Of a stretch of DNA of 64,000 nt, positions 1 through 14,948 are shown in pieces; the first letter of the stretch is position 1, and each line of letters begins with the position of its first letter. This stretch comes from Eledone cirrhosa (taxonomy: Eukaryota), in the NCBI GenBank assembly GCA_964016885.1, contig OZ024754.1, positions 39,494,001 through 39,558,000 on the forward strand. Reading direction: 5' to 3'. The notes under the pieces were generated by a model. The model was not told the DNA's origin and did not search any database. It saw nothing but the letters and a program-made list of their open reading frames with translations. Made by a program: the position numbers and the translations under genes.

Positions 1-34
1 AGCGTGGAAAAACGGACGTAAAATGATGATGATG

Positions 35-71
<37 letters not shown>

Positions 72-1177
72 TTTTTTAAATGGGGAATGAGAAGGAAAAA
101 AACTTTTATTAAGTTATTACGACGTATTTGTATATAAGTAAAGTTGATTATTGACAAGCAAAACACTTCAAAGTTTGAATTATCCTTTTTATATTGTATT
201 ATTGTATTAATATGAGATTTACTGCTCCACTACAACTGACGTCGGTTAAAATAACAAATAAAAAAAATAAAAACACTTGTGAACCTTTGGATCTACTTTA
301 GTTATCTGGGTCATGCAAGGACTGAAATAACGAAAAGGGGACTGTCAAAGGGGGGAATTGAGGTTACTGTTGAAACTGTTAAATAAAAGAGATAAAAAAA
401 ATGAAAGAAAAGAACCTCTTGACTCACCTTACAGCAAGTCAAATAATTTATAGTATAGTAAACAAAACAATTATTTACGCAAGTATGTGAGTGCAAATAG
501 CTGAAATCTTTGCAATAAAACCAATTCGTTTGCAACCTAGAGTATATCAGGGTTATTTTTAACCATGAAAAATGGTATTCCTAGAATGAAAATTTAAAGC
601 TCAAAAGAGTTTGCTTCAAATAATATTGAAATCAATACTTAAATTTCTATTTGAAAGTATTTTGCATAACAAAGTGTTGTTTTATTAACTAAAAATCTTC
701 GCCCACCCTCAACTATTTCTGCATAATTCTTGGTTACCGACTGCAAGATGTCAGGCAAACAAAGCAGCTCCTTTCGAATTTGTTGTGTAGGAGGAGTGTG
801 TAGCTGGCAACATGTAAACCTGTAGTGGTGGTCAGTAGTGTCTTCCTATAAGGTAAGCAACTATCTTAAGTTTGCAGTGACCCACTTAATCTTGTGGCAG
901 AATAAACACCAACTCCAGCCATGTGAACTTCCTCCATCGTTTGTCACATCTCAACTACGCAACCACCGACACCAATATCACTCTCAAAATATTTTATTAT
1001 ATATATATATACATATACAGGGAATGTAACGTTCAGAGTGAGCACTCGATGCGTAGTTTCCAATAAGTATAGAGGTGTAGAACAAAATAGAGAGTAAATG
1101 ATAATAAAAAGGACGATATGTTATGTCTTCGTTACGTTTGAGTAGTGACACGCGTTTCGCTATTGATCAGCTCATGG

Positions 1178-1214
<37 letters not shown>

Positions 1215-4200
1215 TCTTTCTCCATATTTATTTTTAAATAATCTCTACTAAACTGTGACAATATTCAACATGTTCATCACGCACTTTCAAATCTCTCTTC
1301 TTCAATAGTGTTATAAGAATTAAAATGTAAAATCTATCGAATTCAATCTTTCTTGCAAGATTTACACAAAACATTTCACATATTACTAAAAATTAAACTT
1401 TCGATTTAATAATCAAAAGGATTTTAACTGCAAACGCATTAAAAAATCTTTTGACTATATATACATTACAAAAAATATTCCCCACTTTCTCAGTGAAGGT
1501 TAACTAGACAATTGTCAATGATAAATGGAAAAAAAAATACTAAGGAAAATATTGGTAGAACTAAATATTTTATACGAATAGGATAAAACCACCATTTTAT
1601 CTCATTTAAAAAAAAAGTAAAGTTTCAGTTGATTTCTCCATTAAATTCCTTCAACTTAAAAGAAATAGTGGCTCTACTGTTAAAGTAGTAACTAATACCA
1701 GTGAGTGGAGATAAACCAGAAGACGATTAAATGAAAGCCCCTCGTTTTCTCACTAAATCATCAACGAAGGCGTAAAACTATTCAGCAAATCCCCCAGGCT
1801 TCAATAAAATAGACTAAAACGAACGAATATTGGTCTAGAATAAGCAAGAGGTATTATGGGGGTAGTTTGTTGTTTTGATGTAGAGCAGGCAAGTGGAAGA
1901 GAGAGTGTGTGTGTTTGTATGACAGGCTGCTTAAGCTAGAAAAGTTAAAATGGAGCAGAGGTTGTTGCTGACAGTAGTAGTAGTAGTTGTAAAACACCTG
2001 ATGTTTACTAGATAGGAAAATACTGAAGTCACTTCTCCCTACTCCTCTCTCTAACTGCCTCGACGAATGTGAATTTGACAATCAGCCCAGTTCAACTTTC
2101 ATCAACAACAATAATAAATAATACAAATAAATAATAAATTCACACCAAATTAATATAAGCGCCGTAAAACGTGGAAGCTTGACTGCAAAAAGACATAATA
2201 GAATAGATGTGCACAAGTTTACAAAAAGCTATAGCCATACTATCTCTTTATTAAATAACACATCTTTATAGTTAACAAAAATAAAAACATTACAGACATA
2301 TTCACCAACGGGACATATATTAAATCTTATTTTCTTAAGATTCGAGAGCTTAGAAGCTAACAGCATGGGATTGATTAGAGAAAGAAAACTGACAATTCTA
2401 TTGAAGTGAAACAATAGATTGTGCGGAAACTAATGACATATTAGTATTTCGTTAAAATATATAAATTGGTCGAGAGTTGTATTTTTTGTTGGTTAGTTTG
2501 TTGTTGTTGTTGTTTTTATTTCCTGAGCAAGAAGAGTTAAATGTTGCTTGGTTTGACCTGAATAATAAAACTAATCTTGAACGAGTTATTAAGAGAAACG
2601 GGGTAATGTTGAGAAATACAACCGGAATAGCTGTTCTAACTATTCAAAAAGAGGTTGCTTAACAAAGATACATTCCCAACCAAACTGCATTTATGGTACT
2701 AAGTTATTGCTGAAATGCTTGAAAACATCGCTCTATCATTTCAGTAATGTTTAAGAAAAACTATTTCGAAAATCATAGTGATTGTTTCACTGGTGTTTCT
2801 TCAATACAAACAGAAATATAAAAGATGACACCAGTCAAAAATAATTAAAAAAAAAAAACAACACACAGACGTGGAGGTTAGTTGCCGTGAAAGATCTATA
2901 TAAAAAAATTGTAACCCTTAAAAGACAATGCAGCTCTGTAATATAATATCTCACCAAATTCTTTCTAGTGGGTTGGAAACAGGGAATAAAAATCGAAATA
3001 GTAAAATGAAATAGTTTTTCGTCTTCCATATCTCTAGATATAACAGTGCTCTCTCTGTCTAAACAGTTATAATTAAGGATTAAGAGAAGAAAATTTAACG
3101 ATTGAACAAGAACGAAGAATAAAAGTAATTACAAACATATCATTGAACTGTTATGTGTGTATTGGTAAGAACAACGATCTTATAAAAGCATTATTTTCTT
3201 AAAACGTAAACTGAAAGTTATATGTGTAAGAAAGAAAATAACATATTAAACCAGATGTGAAGAAATGGCCGCATCATGGAAATTCTCTAACCTTTCTGAC
3301 TTTCTTCTCTCACAGCAGCATCGAGACATTCAAATTTGATAGCAAAAAAATAAATTATAATCAGTTTAAACAACCAAAAGGACTAATTGTATTTTATTTG
3401 ATTTGTAAATTAGTAAACTTTCGAAAATATTGGTTTCGTTTTAAACAGAAACAAAATTCTACGAAATGTTGATGTTGAAAACAGCAGGCTGCGACACGTA
3501 GGAAGTGAGTGGGAGATACGTGACAGAAAGTCGAGAATAAATGTAGTTGATTGTAGGTCTACAAACAAAAAATACGACGTCGCATCGAGAAATATAATCA
3601 TGTATGATGGTAGGAAAGAAATTACTAACGATGCCATGATCCAGGGTGAACCAAACAAGTTACAACTATAAGAGAAGGGGATACCTAATAGTAGAGAAGA
3701 CATCGATCTGGATGCTAAGTGGGATTTCAAAGATATTTTTTAAATGTTTGTGCATGTGATGATTGCTAGTGTATTAGATTATATATGTGTATATACGTCT
3801 AGAGGTGAGAGAAAATTACGATTAAGGAAGACAATTTGTTAAAAAAAGAAGAAATAAGGAGGAAAATAAATGAAAGGTGAGGGTGTGCATTATCAATAGC
3901 CACATGTATATATGTATGTGTACGTGCAGGAAAGCAACATCAGTTAGACAGCAAACAATATACTAGAACGTGCAGTTAAGATAGTGAATAATATAAATCA
4001 CAATCAGAAAGTTATCGGTTGACAGGATTGTAGTATGCACATGAATAATAGTGAAATAGTAAGATTAAAGTTAAATATCTTTAGTAGAAATAATAACATT
4101 ACCTCCCATCTGGTCAGCGCCATATTAAACTTGTTAAATTACCCAGCATGCATTTCGTCTCGAAGACGACCAAAAAAGACTAAGTTGATTTTCATGACTA

Positions 4201-4664
4201 CAAAATATAACCTATATGTCTAACACAAACCCATAGGTAGAATGTTAGAATTTCTAAAAAAATATTCAACTCACCATGTTAGAAATATATTTATAATTTA
4301 AAGTGAGGGGATTTTAACTCTCTCACTCTCTCTCTCTCTGCTACTGTGTGGATTCCGGAAGTACAGCTTTAATGTCGTGTAATTCGGGAAGGTGGAGTGA
4401 AAGACACAGTTCGCGCAGAAAATAACTTTTTTTTTAACATTATTATTATTATCGTAGTTGTTACAAATAATTTATTAGATTATATTACAGCATTATTTCT
4501 AAGTACTATCATTCTGTGCCTATTATTTTGTATATTTATTCTGTCACTAAATTTCCAAATAAAGAAAAGCCACCACATTTCAATACACATGCAAAACAGG
4601 CTGGCTATATAAACAGACATTTCTCTAGAACACTAAATAAATGAAAGATATATATATATAACTA

Positions 4665-4724
<60 letters not shown>

Positions 4725-5401
4725 TAGTTATAAAATGAGGGTCTATATGAAGATTTTTATCTGGTGAAATCCTAAAAATAGGCATGCAGATCTTAAATAC
4801 CAAATAAATTAGTCTTAAATTAGTCTTCGCTTTTAGCCATTCAGAGTTAATTTTAAAAGACGAGAATGTCTCGTATGGCTTTAATATTACAATGTCCCTC
4901 CCCTACTTCTTTCAATATAATAACCAAATACATGTGTTGGCATGTCTTACATGCATGAATATTTACACATATACTCATACTGAGCGAATATTTGTGTATA
5001 TAGATCTGTAGTTAGAGGTGTATATGTGTCTGGAATAGATCTCTCCCTATATTGTACTTGAATGTCGAGGGAAAACCTCTCTCTGCACCACATACACACA
5101 CATATATATTATATATATATGTGTGTGTGTGTACAAATATAATATAATATATATATATTAAATTTGCTGTTGCATATATATTGTTATACTTTGGGAGGAT
5201 ATATATGCAACAGCAAATTTAGCAGTCTCAATTTAAATTAGGTTTGGTTATTCAAACAAATCTTAGAAAGTATTAGATTGAATTTTAACACGAACATAAA
5301 ACACACACATATGTATGTGTGTGTGTGTATAAATATGTATGTGTGTGCATAAATATATAAATATGTATGTGTGCATAAATATATATATATATATATATAT
5401 A

Positions 5402-5591
5402 TAACGGAGGAGTTGTGGTAAGGAACCAGATGGACCATAAGGCATCAGAGTACTCAATACTTAGGGTAGTAGAGTGGGTAATAGGAGAAAGTATGACCCC
5501 GACGGCAGAGCTCAAGCCGTTTCGACGGCTATTTCTGGACTAAAAAATCCACAAACGGCTTGAGCTCTGCCGTCGGGTTCATACTTTCTCC

Positions 5592-5594
<3 letters not shown>
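5402..5594. mobile_element. Penelope-like short element, copy 1, with 42-bp fold-back arms
   Basis: Similar to 45147 and 56699; arms 5481-5522 and 5553-5594; flanked by (TA)n. Confidence 0.6.
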
Positions 5595-5626
<32 letters not shown>

Positions 5627-8149
5627 GTATGTGTGTGTATATATATATATGTGTATATATATATATAAAGTGTGATTCTAGCTTTCATTTACTCTGACTT
5701 GTTGCCGAAAGATTTCAAAGGGTTTTTTGTTGTTGTTGTTGTCTTTGTGTTGTGATTTTTTTTCCCTAAATGTCGCCTGCAAGAAATCAGGAAATCATTG
5801 CAGTCCAACTAGAGATTATATTACTGCCATATTTGCTGTTGCAATTGTAACTCTGTTTAGTGTTACGGTGATTATGTGAATTGTAACAAATAAAAACAAT
5901 CATCTCTTATATCGAAGATCAAACTCAATATTTATTTATATTGGCGTAGTTTAAACGATTCAATCATATTTCTTTATTACTGATACATATTTCATCGACC
6001 GACGAATACTGAAATACATGATTCGCTCCGGCGAAATTTGAACTCGAAACCTCGAGCGCATTGAGATGATATTGTAAAGTATGTTGGCTGAGTTAATACT
6101 GACTTTGTCTATATTGGCATATAAAGTTTGTAATTTTTAATGGAGATTTAGTGGAATCGGGGAGTTTTCGCACGTTTTCCAAAACTATTAAACGGTTTAG
6201 TGAAGCGAAATAACTACTATTTGTAAGGGGAAAGGGGAAATCAGCTATATAGAAGCTTTCTTTAAGATGGATGTATATTATCAGTTTCTTGTTATTCTGC
6301 TAGATTAAAAGAGGACTGAATCGTCTTAGGGAGTATATAAGCGATACTTTCATTGACCTTCGAAGGATGAAAGTAGTAACAGTTATGGAGGGGAGGAACA
6401 AGGCGGGCGTTTATTTAGTAGAAAATGATGTGAAGCCACTTACAACCAACAATCAATCACAAATGGTTGTGAATTCCGTTTTACCAAGAACGGAAGAAGA
6501 CTACAATTGGCTACAATAATGATAATAGTTGAGGTTAGCAAGAAAGCCTCTCAAGGTTCTTGAAAGTATACAAGAAAATACAGAAGACTGCATCTAAATA
6601 CAAACTGAACGGAGAATATATAATAACGAAAGTAGTGACGTAAGCTTTCACTGCTATACCTGCAGACTCTGGTTCACATCAACATCGATATACACTTCAG
6701 AATTAATACGGAAATATTGATAATCAGTATATAAATAAGGAAAATAAACGAACAATAACAGTAATGATTTCTATTTTAGGACCAAGGTCAGCCTTTTGTG
6801 TGTGAGGAGGGGGGGGGGGGGGTCGATTATATCGATCCCGGTGCATGTCTGACACTTTATTTTTATTGAACACGAAAGGATGAAAGGCAAGGTAAGATAT
6901 CGGTAGGATTTGAACTCAGGGCATAAGAAACCATATCTATATACCGTAACGACTCTGCCAAACCACCAGCCTGGCAATAGTAATAATTAAAGCAAAAAAA
7001 GTGAGGATTGTCAATTGAATTGACCTCAAAATATGACAGGTACTTAAGGTATCGATTTAGGAAGATTGAAAGTTGATATCAGTTCCTGAATGATATGACT
7101 CCAGAAGTGAAATCAAATACTGTAAAGGACTCCGTTTCTGTAAAGAACATGCCTCTCAGCGGTCGTTCAACCTGCTAGAAATAATAGCCAAGGCTTCCTC
7201 AAGTAAGAAGAGAACATATTTGATAATGTCTTCCTGCATTCTAGTAGAAAGATGGAATGGGCACGGATGGAATAGTTTGATCATAGGTCATCTCGTTCAG
7301 GACTGACCTCAGGATTAATTGCAACAACAAACTCGATCCAACGAGAGGACCTCTACGTTGTCATTCGACTTGCTAGAAATAACAGCTAAATATCCTTCAA
7401 AACCGACTCTACCATCTTAAAAGAAAGAAGACATATGAGGTAACGTAGTTCTTAGAAAACTATGTCAGAAAATAAGGTGATTTGGTCATGGTTGGAATGT
7501 TTTTAACCATAGGTCTGCTTGATCAGATCATACCTGTGGCTAAACAACACCAACCAGGAAGCTCCTTCTACGTGGTCGACCTGCTAGAAAAAGCCAAAAT
7601 CCCAATGGGTGAAAAAGCACCCAGTCCACCCTGTAAAGCGGTCATGCAGGTGACACAACAAAAATCACCCAGTCTACCCTGTGATGTAATCACTACTGTG
7701 TCACCCTGCAAAGTGGTTATGTTGATGCCGCAATAAAAAGCACCCAGTCCACGCTGTAAATGTGGTTGCTATTAGGAAGGGCATCCAGCCATAGAAACCA
7801 AGCCCAAAACAGTTCTGTTCTATGTCAGCAAGACACGGTCATTTGTCTCGCAATGGGACAACTTGTCTAACCCATGCTAGTGTGGAAAATGGATATTAAA
7901 TGGTGATAATGATATAAAGCTATACATTTGTAAAAGAGGTGGGAGCTAGTACCAGTTATGAATATGATTAAGTGGGTGGCAGCCTAGGGGACCCATCCCA
8001 TTTTAAATATTTATTGTAAAGAAACGGTTCTGTGTGGGCAAGACACGGACATCTAATCTGACTTGTCTCACAATGGAACAACCCATCTAACCCATGCTAA
8101 CATGAAAAATGGACGTTAAACAATGATGATGATGATGATGATAGCTATG

Positions 8150-8400
8150 GAACACTTCTTCTTCTTCACCCACTTATTCCTGAGAGGGTCATGGGGGGAA
8201 GAGTCATCAAACACTCCCTTCAGTGGGTCGTGTCAGAAGCAATTGTCTCCAACTGATCCGGCTGGACCCCAAGTGAGACCAGCCAAGCTCATGGATGTTA
8301 TTCAACCATCTTGCTCGGGGTCTACTCCTGGGTCTCCTGCTAGTTTTACTGTAAAAATCTGTCCATCCTTTCTTTCCTGAGACATTCTAACCACGTGCCC
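8150..8400 (-). mobile_element. RTE-clade LINE 3' end (also 61045-61225 on +, fragments at 35157 and 49929)
   Basis: Minus strand reads RPRARWLNNIHELGWSHLGVQPDQLETIASD...LPP, typical RTE C-terminus, with GAA-repeat tail. Confidence 0.65.
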
Positions 8401-8948
8401 ATTTTGTACTGATAGAAGTTTTTTTCAGAATTTGAAAATATACCATAATAGTAGAAAACATTAAAAGTAACATTTGAGATAGAAAAAAGAAGCAGTTAAC
8501 TTTTGATATCAAACACCCGTTGGTTTTACAACATAAAACTGTTTATTTTAAGGTATTTATCATCATCATCATTTTATGTCCGCTTTTCCCTGCTTGCAAG
8601 GGTGGGACGGGTCCTCTTCAGCACATCTCTCAATTCATCACAATCCCTCGTCATCTCCTCTGTGAGTTTCAGCGATCTGAGGTCAGATCTCACCACCTTC
8701 GCCCATGTTTTTCATCGTCTTCCTCTACTGCACCTTATATATAACATTTATTTTATCGTTCAATTGTTCTTTCTTTCTCTTCTACAGTATATAATGATAA
8801 TAATGGTTTCTTATATAGGCACAAGGGCAGCAATTTTGGAAGAAGGGAAAGTCAATTAAATCGACCCTAGTGCATTACTGGTACTTTATTTTATCGACCC
8901 TGTAAGGATGAAAGGCAAAGTTAACCTCGGTGGGATTTGAACACATAG

Positions 8949-8988
<40 letters not shown>

Positions 8989-9485
8989 TGGTTTCTTATA
9001 TAGGCACAAGGCCGGCAACTTTTTTTTGATTAAATTAACTCAATGCATTACTGGTACTTTATTTTGTTGACTCCCGTAGTAATAATAATGCTAAACACTA
9101 TGACTAAGAAAGTAGTAATATTAACTATTGTAATCTTAACTGATGGTTATAAAATTTAGAAGGATTTTCCAGTGTTTATTACTAGGTCTACATTATAGAT
9201 TGTTCCGTCTAAATCATCTATTTTCCTATAGAAACTAAAATGGAGAAGATTCTTTTAACAATCAGTTGGTCATGAGAACAATACATATATCAATATCAAT
9301 GTGATGTGTCTTTGAAATGTCTTCATATCTATCTATTGAGAGATTTACTTGCTAACATGACTTCAACATGTTGAATTATTTGTAACTATGTTTAGTCTCA
9401 ACATAGTTGTCATAATACCTGGTTTCCTTAGAGATGGTATAAGTAAGTGCTTCAAGAAATATGATTTATGCACAAGAGGAAATGG

Positions 9486-9522
<37 letters not shown>

Positions 9523-10324
9523 TATGTGTGTGTGTTTATGGAGAGAGAGAAGGGGGGGGGGGCAACTTTGGGGAAGCGATTATATTAAATAGTAGTAGCA
9601 GTAACAGTGGCAATTGTCAATGAATGATACAAAAGGAGTAAAAATGGTTTTGGAAATAGTCTAAGAGTATGGAGGCATATATTACTGTTTCTCCCTACAT
9701 AAAGTTGGTTTTCTAAACAAATTTCTATTTGATTGTCATTTCCCTATCTCGTTAGTTGAAGTAGATTATTATTTTGTTGTTTTTTTTTATATTGATTTTT
9801 TTTTTTTTTTATTAATTAGTTAATGGAAATTAACCCTTTCGATACCAAACCATCTGACCCCCCCCCCCCCAATACAAAACTGTCTATTGTAAAATATTTA
9901 CATTTATCTAAATGCCTTCCACCATAAATTTATGTAAGAACCTTTGTTAAATTATGTTCTAAACAATGGCTTACTAATGAAAAAGTGATTGATATTGCTA
10001 AATCTCAAAATTCTTGATTATTTTCAAAATGATTTTAAAAACATAGGTAGTGTCTTTTATTAGAAATATGGTAATGAAAGAGTTAAACACAGTTCTTAAG
10101 CCATGAGAGCCAACTGTAATTAGAGCAGTTTCAAAGGAATTAACTCTTTCATTACCATATTTTTAATAAAAGACACTGACACTGTCTATGATTTTGAAAT
10201 AATTTTGAAAATATTACAAATATTCTTACATAAAATTATGATGAAAGGTTTTTAGATAAGTATAAACACTTCAAAATATATAGTTTTCTATGATGGAATA
10301 AGGGATGGTTTATTAAGAAAAGGT

Positions 10325-10774
10325 TTAACCCCTTAGCATTTACATTACTCTATATATACTATTGTATATGCTATTACATTTTCATGGTAAAAGCTTTACC
10401 TCATATAATTATCTATGAGATTTTGATATTATTTATTTTGAGAATAATACTTTAACATCAGTATGAGTAGCCAGTTACAGCCAGTTTGAACAGAAAAAGG
10501 TAGAGAGAAATCTGGCCAGATATGGCCGGTTTAAATGTTAATGGGTTAACCCTTTGGCATTTATATTGTTCTATATTTACTATTGTATTTTCACGGTAAA
10601 GGCTTTATCTCACATAATTATGCAACATAATATCGAATCTACGAAATTTTGATATTATTTATTTTGAGAACAATACCTTGACATCAGTATGAACGGGCAA
10701 TTACAGCTGGTTTGAACAGAAAGAGGTGAGAGAATTCTGGCCAGATATGACTGGTTTAAATGCTAAAAGGTTAA
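10325..10774. mobile_element. Two tandem TTAA/piggyBac-type MITEs sharing a TTAA
   Basis: TTAA-CCCTTTAGCATT...AATGCTAAAGGG-TTAA termini, about 220 bp each. Confidence 0.8.
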
Positions 10775-11037
10775 GAAAATTTGTAGAACTTATTTTCCAT
10801 CAATATGACTCAAACACATCTCCAAAGACAGTCTTCTTATGCTAGAAGTAACAGACAATCAAAATAATTTTCCCATTCTTCTTTTCTCTGTCTAAAAACT
10901 GAGACATAGATGTTTATCTAACTGCAGTTATCACACTATGTTCATCACTGTTGCATTTCCATACTTGTTTTATATATAATAAATATATTTATTCATTTAC
11001 ACACACAATTATATACATACACACGCACAGATGTATG

Positions 11038-11124
<87 letters not shown>

Positions 11125-13939
11125 TTTCAAATATATAGAGGGAGAGGGGGAAGGGGTTGTGCATTATTGGCATTGTAGTTAAGCAACAAGGTTGGAAATT
11201 CATAATGGAAAAAGTGATGTTTGTGGCTTTCTCAAGACAAATGGAAGAGAACTTTATACAAATTGAAATAGAAACTGAGTCCTTTTATCTAACACTATTT
11301 ATATGCAGGAACATTTTTTGGCACTAAATTATAATCACTAATAATTATTTTCCTTGGCAATATTCTACTGCTATGTGTTTCATTTATCTTAGAAATATTG
11401 AAGATGATGTCACGACTGTAGACTTCATTTCTGCCAAAAAACGCAACCTCTGCCAAGCTTCTGTGTATATCTAATGTAGAATAGGTACACTATATCCCTG
11501 TATGTTGTAAGAGGTTACTAAAAGGGTTAGCATTAGGAATGACATCTGGCCCTAAAACATGGCCACTTGACACACACAGGTAGAACAAGCAACCAGCTAG
11601 TGATGACAAGAAAATAAACATAAATAGATAAATAAAAAAACACACACACCGATATAATGCATGCTATGACGAAAAGCCCCTGGTCCAGACTCTGTAACAT
11701 TGTTGGCGTTAGGAAGGGCTTCCAGCTGTAGAAACCAAACTAAAATACAGGTCCGTTATGAGCAAGACGTGGTCACCTGATCTGACTAATTTCTTTCAAA
11801 TAACAATTGCTTCTACTTTTGGCACAAGGCCAGCAATTATCTCAGTGCATTACTGGTACTTTATTTTATCGATCCCGTAAGGATGAAAGGCAAAGTTAAC
11901 CTCGGTGGGATTTGAACTCAGTACGTAAAGGGAAATAACTCTATGCTGTAAAGCATGGTGTCTGACGCTCTACCGATACTGCCAATCCACTTTCAAATAA
12001 TAATAATTTTCTACTTTTGGCACAAGGCCAGCAATTACCCAGTACATTACTGGTACTTTACTTTTATCGACCCCGTAAGGATGAAAGGTAAAGTTAACCT
12101 TAGAGGGATTTGAACTCAGATCATAAAGGGACGTAAATAATAATAATAATAATAATAATGAAATTATTATGTACAGTGCTCAGGTGCACTACAACATTTC
12201 ATAATGTGACAACCTGTATAACCCATGCAAGAGTGGAAAATAGACGTTAAACGATGATGGTGGGGATGATGTATGTGAGATTTATTGTGTATTGAATCAC
12301 TGATGAGTTTCCAATAATATGAATAATGAAATATTCTGTTCGCCATATTAACGTGCAAATGTCTGGGCATTCTACAGATACATGTACCCTTAACGTATTT
12401 TAAAGGGAGATTTGGCATTTTTTGACAGATGAATGGACTGGAGCACCGTGAACTGAACACCCGAACCACTAAGCCACAACATGCCTTCACTATACATTCA
12501 TGTGAATATCTGTGAGCGTTTGTGTATGTGTGTGTTTATATATATATCCAATTTAATCAATTCTAATAAAATAATAGTGCTAATAAAATAATAGTACTAA
12601 TAAAATTTATTGCAATATAAAATATCCGTCAATAAAACAACTGTACAAATACATAGTAATAAGGAAACAAAAAGAAAAAGTGCAAGGGAAAACAGGGGAT
12701 TAAGCAACGAAAGAACGGGAGATGTTGGTGGGAACGACTGGCTCTACATCCACGTCTGAACGGTGTTTCAGCTGCGCCCCTCGGATAAAATGGCTAAATT
12801 GGCACAGAGAATGACCAGCAACACCCGCTGCATCGGTCGCTCCACCTCACGAAGCTCCGTCATGAAGTGGGCTGCAGTCTTTCCTATTTTTCGAATCAGA
12901 GATCAACCGTCTCCTTTTCTTACCGGTCGCTGTCGAGACCTCATATGTCTTTGATCCCCACACTGATAATAGTACTTGTTGATATTTCTACCGCAAACAA
13001 TAAGTCCCCGAAATTTAGGCGCTATATAGCTCTTAGTAGGGTTCTGTATTTTAGTTAAACTTTTTTTTAATTTACAGTGACAAGCATTTTGAAAATAATA
13101 GTTTCTAATAAAATTGGATATGATCGATTGAGTTTTTGGCTGATTCTTTATTTTATCGAAGCCAGAAGACTGAAAGGCAAAGCCGCTCCCTAAAGTAGTG
13201 CAACAAATATAACAAGAGATTTTGTCCAAAACTTTAACGCTTATACTAATCAACTTACCCAACTCAAAAATCCAACGGCTTTTTTTTAATACCGGTCGCC
13301 GTCTGGACTTCTAGCGTCCTCGGTTCTCGTGTTCCAGTTCAAAATATAATGTAAGGGAGGTAATTCTTAGACGGTATCTTAAACATAAAATTGCAATTAC
13401 TTCCCTTATCATGAAACTGAAAGTTATGCTTTAAACACAGAATTTCGACTTCAGGAGAACCATTATGCACGATATATATATATATATATATATTGCTCTG
13501 ATATTTACATAGAGCACTCTTCACTTCTATGACCTTTTCTGTTTCCAACGGAAATTTCAATACTTATATATATATATATATATATATATTTACTTGTTGA
13601 TAACCATATTTCACAAACGTAAATATAGTATATTAAATTTCAAGATCTAAAACGACCAACAGTAACAACATATATATAAAAACAAAAACTGCTTCTGAAT
13701 TCGATAAAAGAATAAATACTAACGGAAGTAGATTTAGGAGCCTCTATCTAATAACTTTTGATGCAAGCCAACACACTGGCAGTGTTACCACGGGTGATAG
13801 CGAGGCTACGGCGCTAGAACAACCAAACACCCTCACGGGCAACACCTGATGCCTTGGTAAGGCGAGTTACCAACGATGACTTCGTTATCAATGGCCCAGC
13901 TCTGCCAAACGTCTCGAAAGTGGGAATCACTGCTCCCTT

Positions 13940-13970
<31 letters not shown>

Positions 13971-14216
13971 CAATATCGCATCGTGTACCAACCTATATAT
14001 ATGTGTGTGTGTGTGTGTATATAATCATCTATAGAATTGACGTGGTGCGCTTTATTTTGCCTAGACTTGGATTAATTAATTATTGGGGTGCAACAAGCAT
14101 CACACTCCTAATTAATCATTCAAATGATATATATATATCCATGTACTGAAGAATGTGAGAAAAAGTACTCAATATTGAAGTAGAGTTTAAATATTTATTT
14201 AATATGGCTAAGTGGT

Positions 14217-14273
14217 GAGCCTTGTTACTCAGGAGTTTCACCTCTGCACTCACAGGATCATCAGACACAACTC
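14217..14273 (-). ncRNA. Hammerhead ribozyme motif
   Basis: gagttgtgt-CUGAUGA-tcctgtgagtgcagaggt-GAAA-ctc-ct-gag-UA-acaaggctc; imperfect stems I and II. Confidence 0.55.
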
Positions 14274-14539
14274 TTGTAACAGGGCTCATTACTTAGCCAA
14301 TTCAATATCATCGTCATTTAACATCTGCTATCCCTGCTAGCAAGGGTTGAACATTACACCACCTGTAAGGTGGTTGGTATTAAGAAGAGCATCCAGACAT
14401 AGAAACCAGCCTGAAAACAGAAAATATAAGCAAGACATAGTTGCTTGGTCTGTGTCGCCTTTTAATATTACAGCCCATCTAACTCATGTAGACATGGAAA
14501 ATAGATGTTAAATGATGATGAATATAATGATTTCGCAGA

Positions 14540-14948
14540 CATTTTTTCACGCTCAGAGTTGCTGAAGCATGGAACAAACTGCCTGCGTCAATTGTTAGCT
14601 GCCGAGACACTGCATCCTTTAAGACACTCATGCTTCCCAAAATACGCCAAAACTACACCTGATGTACCCCTTCCATACACATGCACACGTGTGTATCATG
14701 ACTCGTGCACTGTTCATTTTACTGATGTTTGTGCATTGCCCTATGTACTGTACATGCACTTTTTTGATGAGTTGTGGTGCACCTGGGCACTGTGCACAAT
14801 ATTTCGTTATTGTTATTATATCATGACTCATACACTGTTTATTTTCCTGACATTTGTACATTATTCTATGTACTATACATGCACCTTTGATGAGTTGTAG
14901 TGCACCTGAGCACTGTACACAATAATTTCATTATTATTATTATTATTA
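14540..14948 (+). mobile_element. CR1/L2-clade LINE 3' end
   Basis: HFFTLRVAEAWNKLPASIVSCRDTASFK then 3' UTR and (ATT)n tail. Confidence 0.8.

Noticed and set aside
740-860. Plus-strand exon ending AAG|GTAAGC
   Set aside because: No open frame or partner exon found; insufficient support
13840-13940. Possible hammerhead (ctgatgcc...gaaag)
   Set aside because: Core and stems could not be completed by eye
14505-14900. 131-aa ORF duplicated at 48149-48547
   Set aside because: Off-frame reading of the CR1/L2 LINE 3' end
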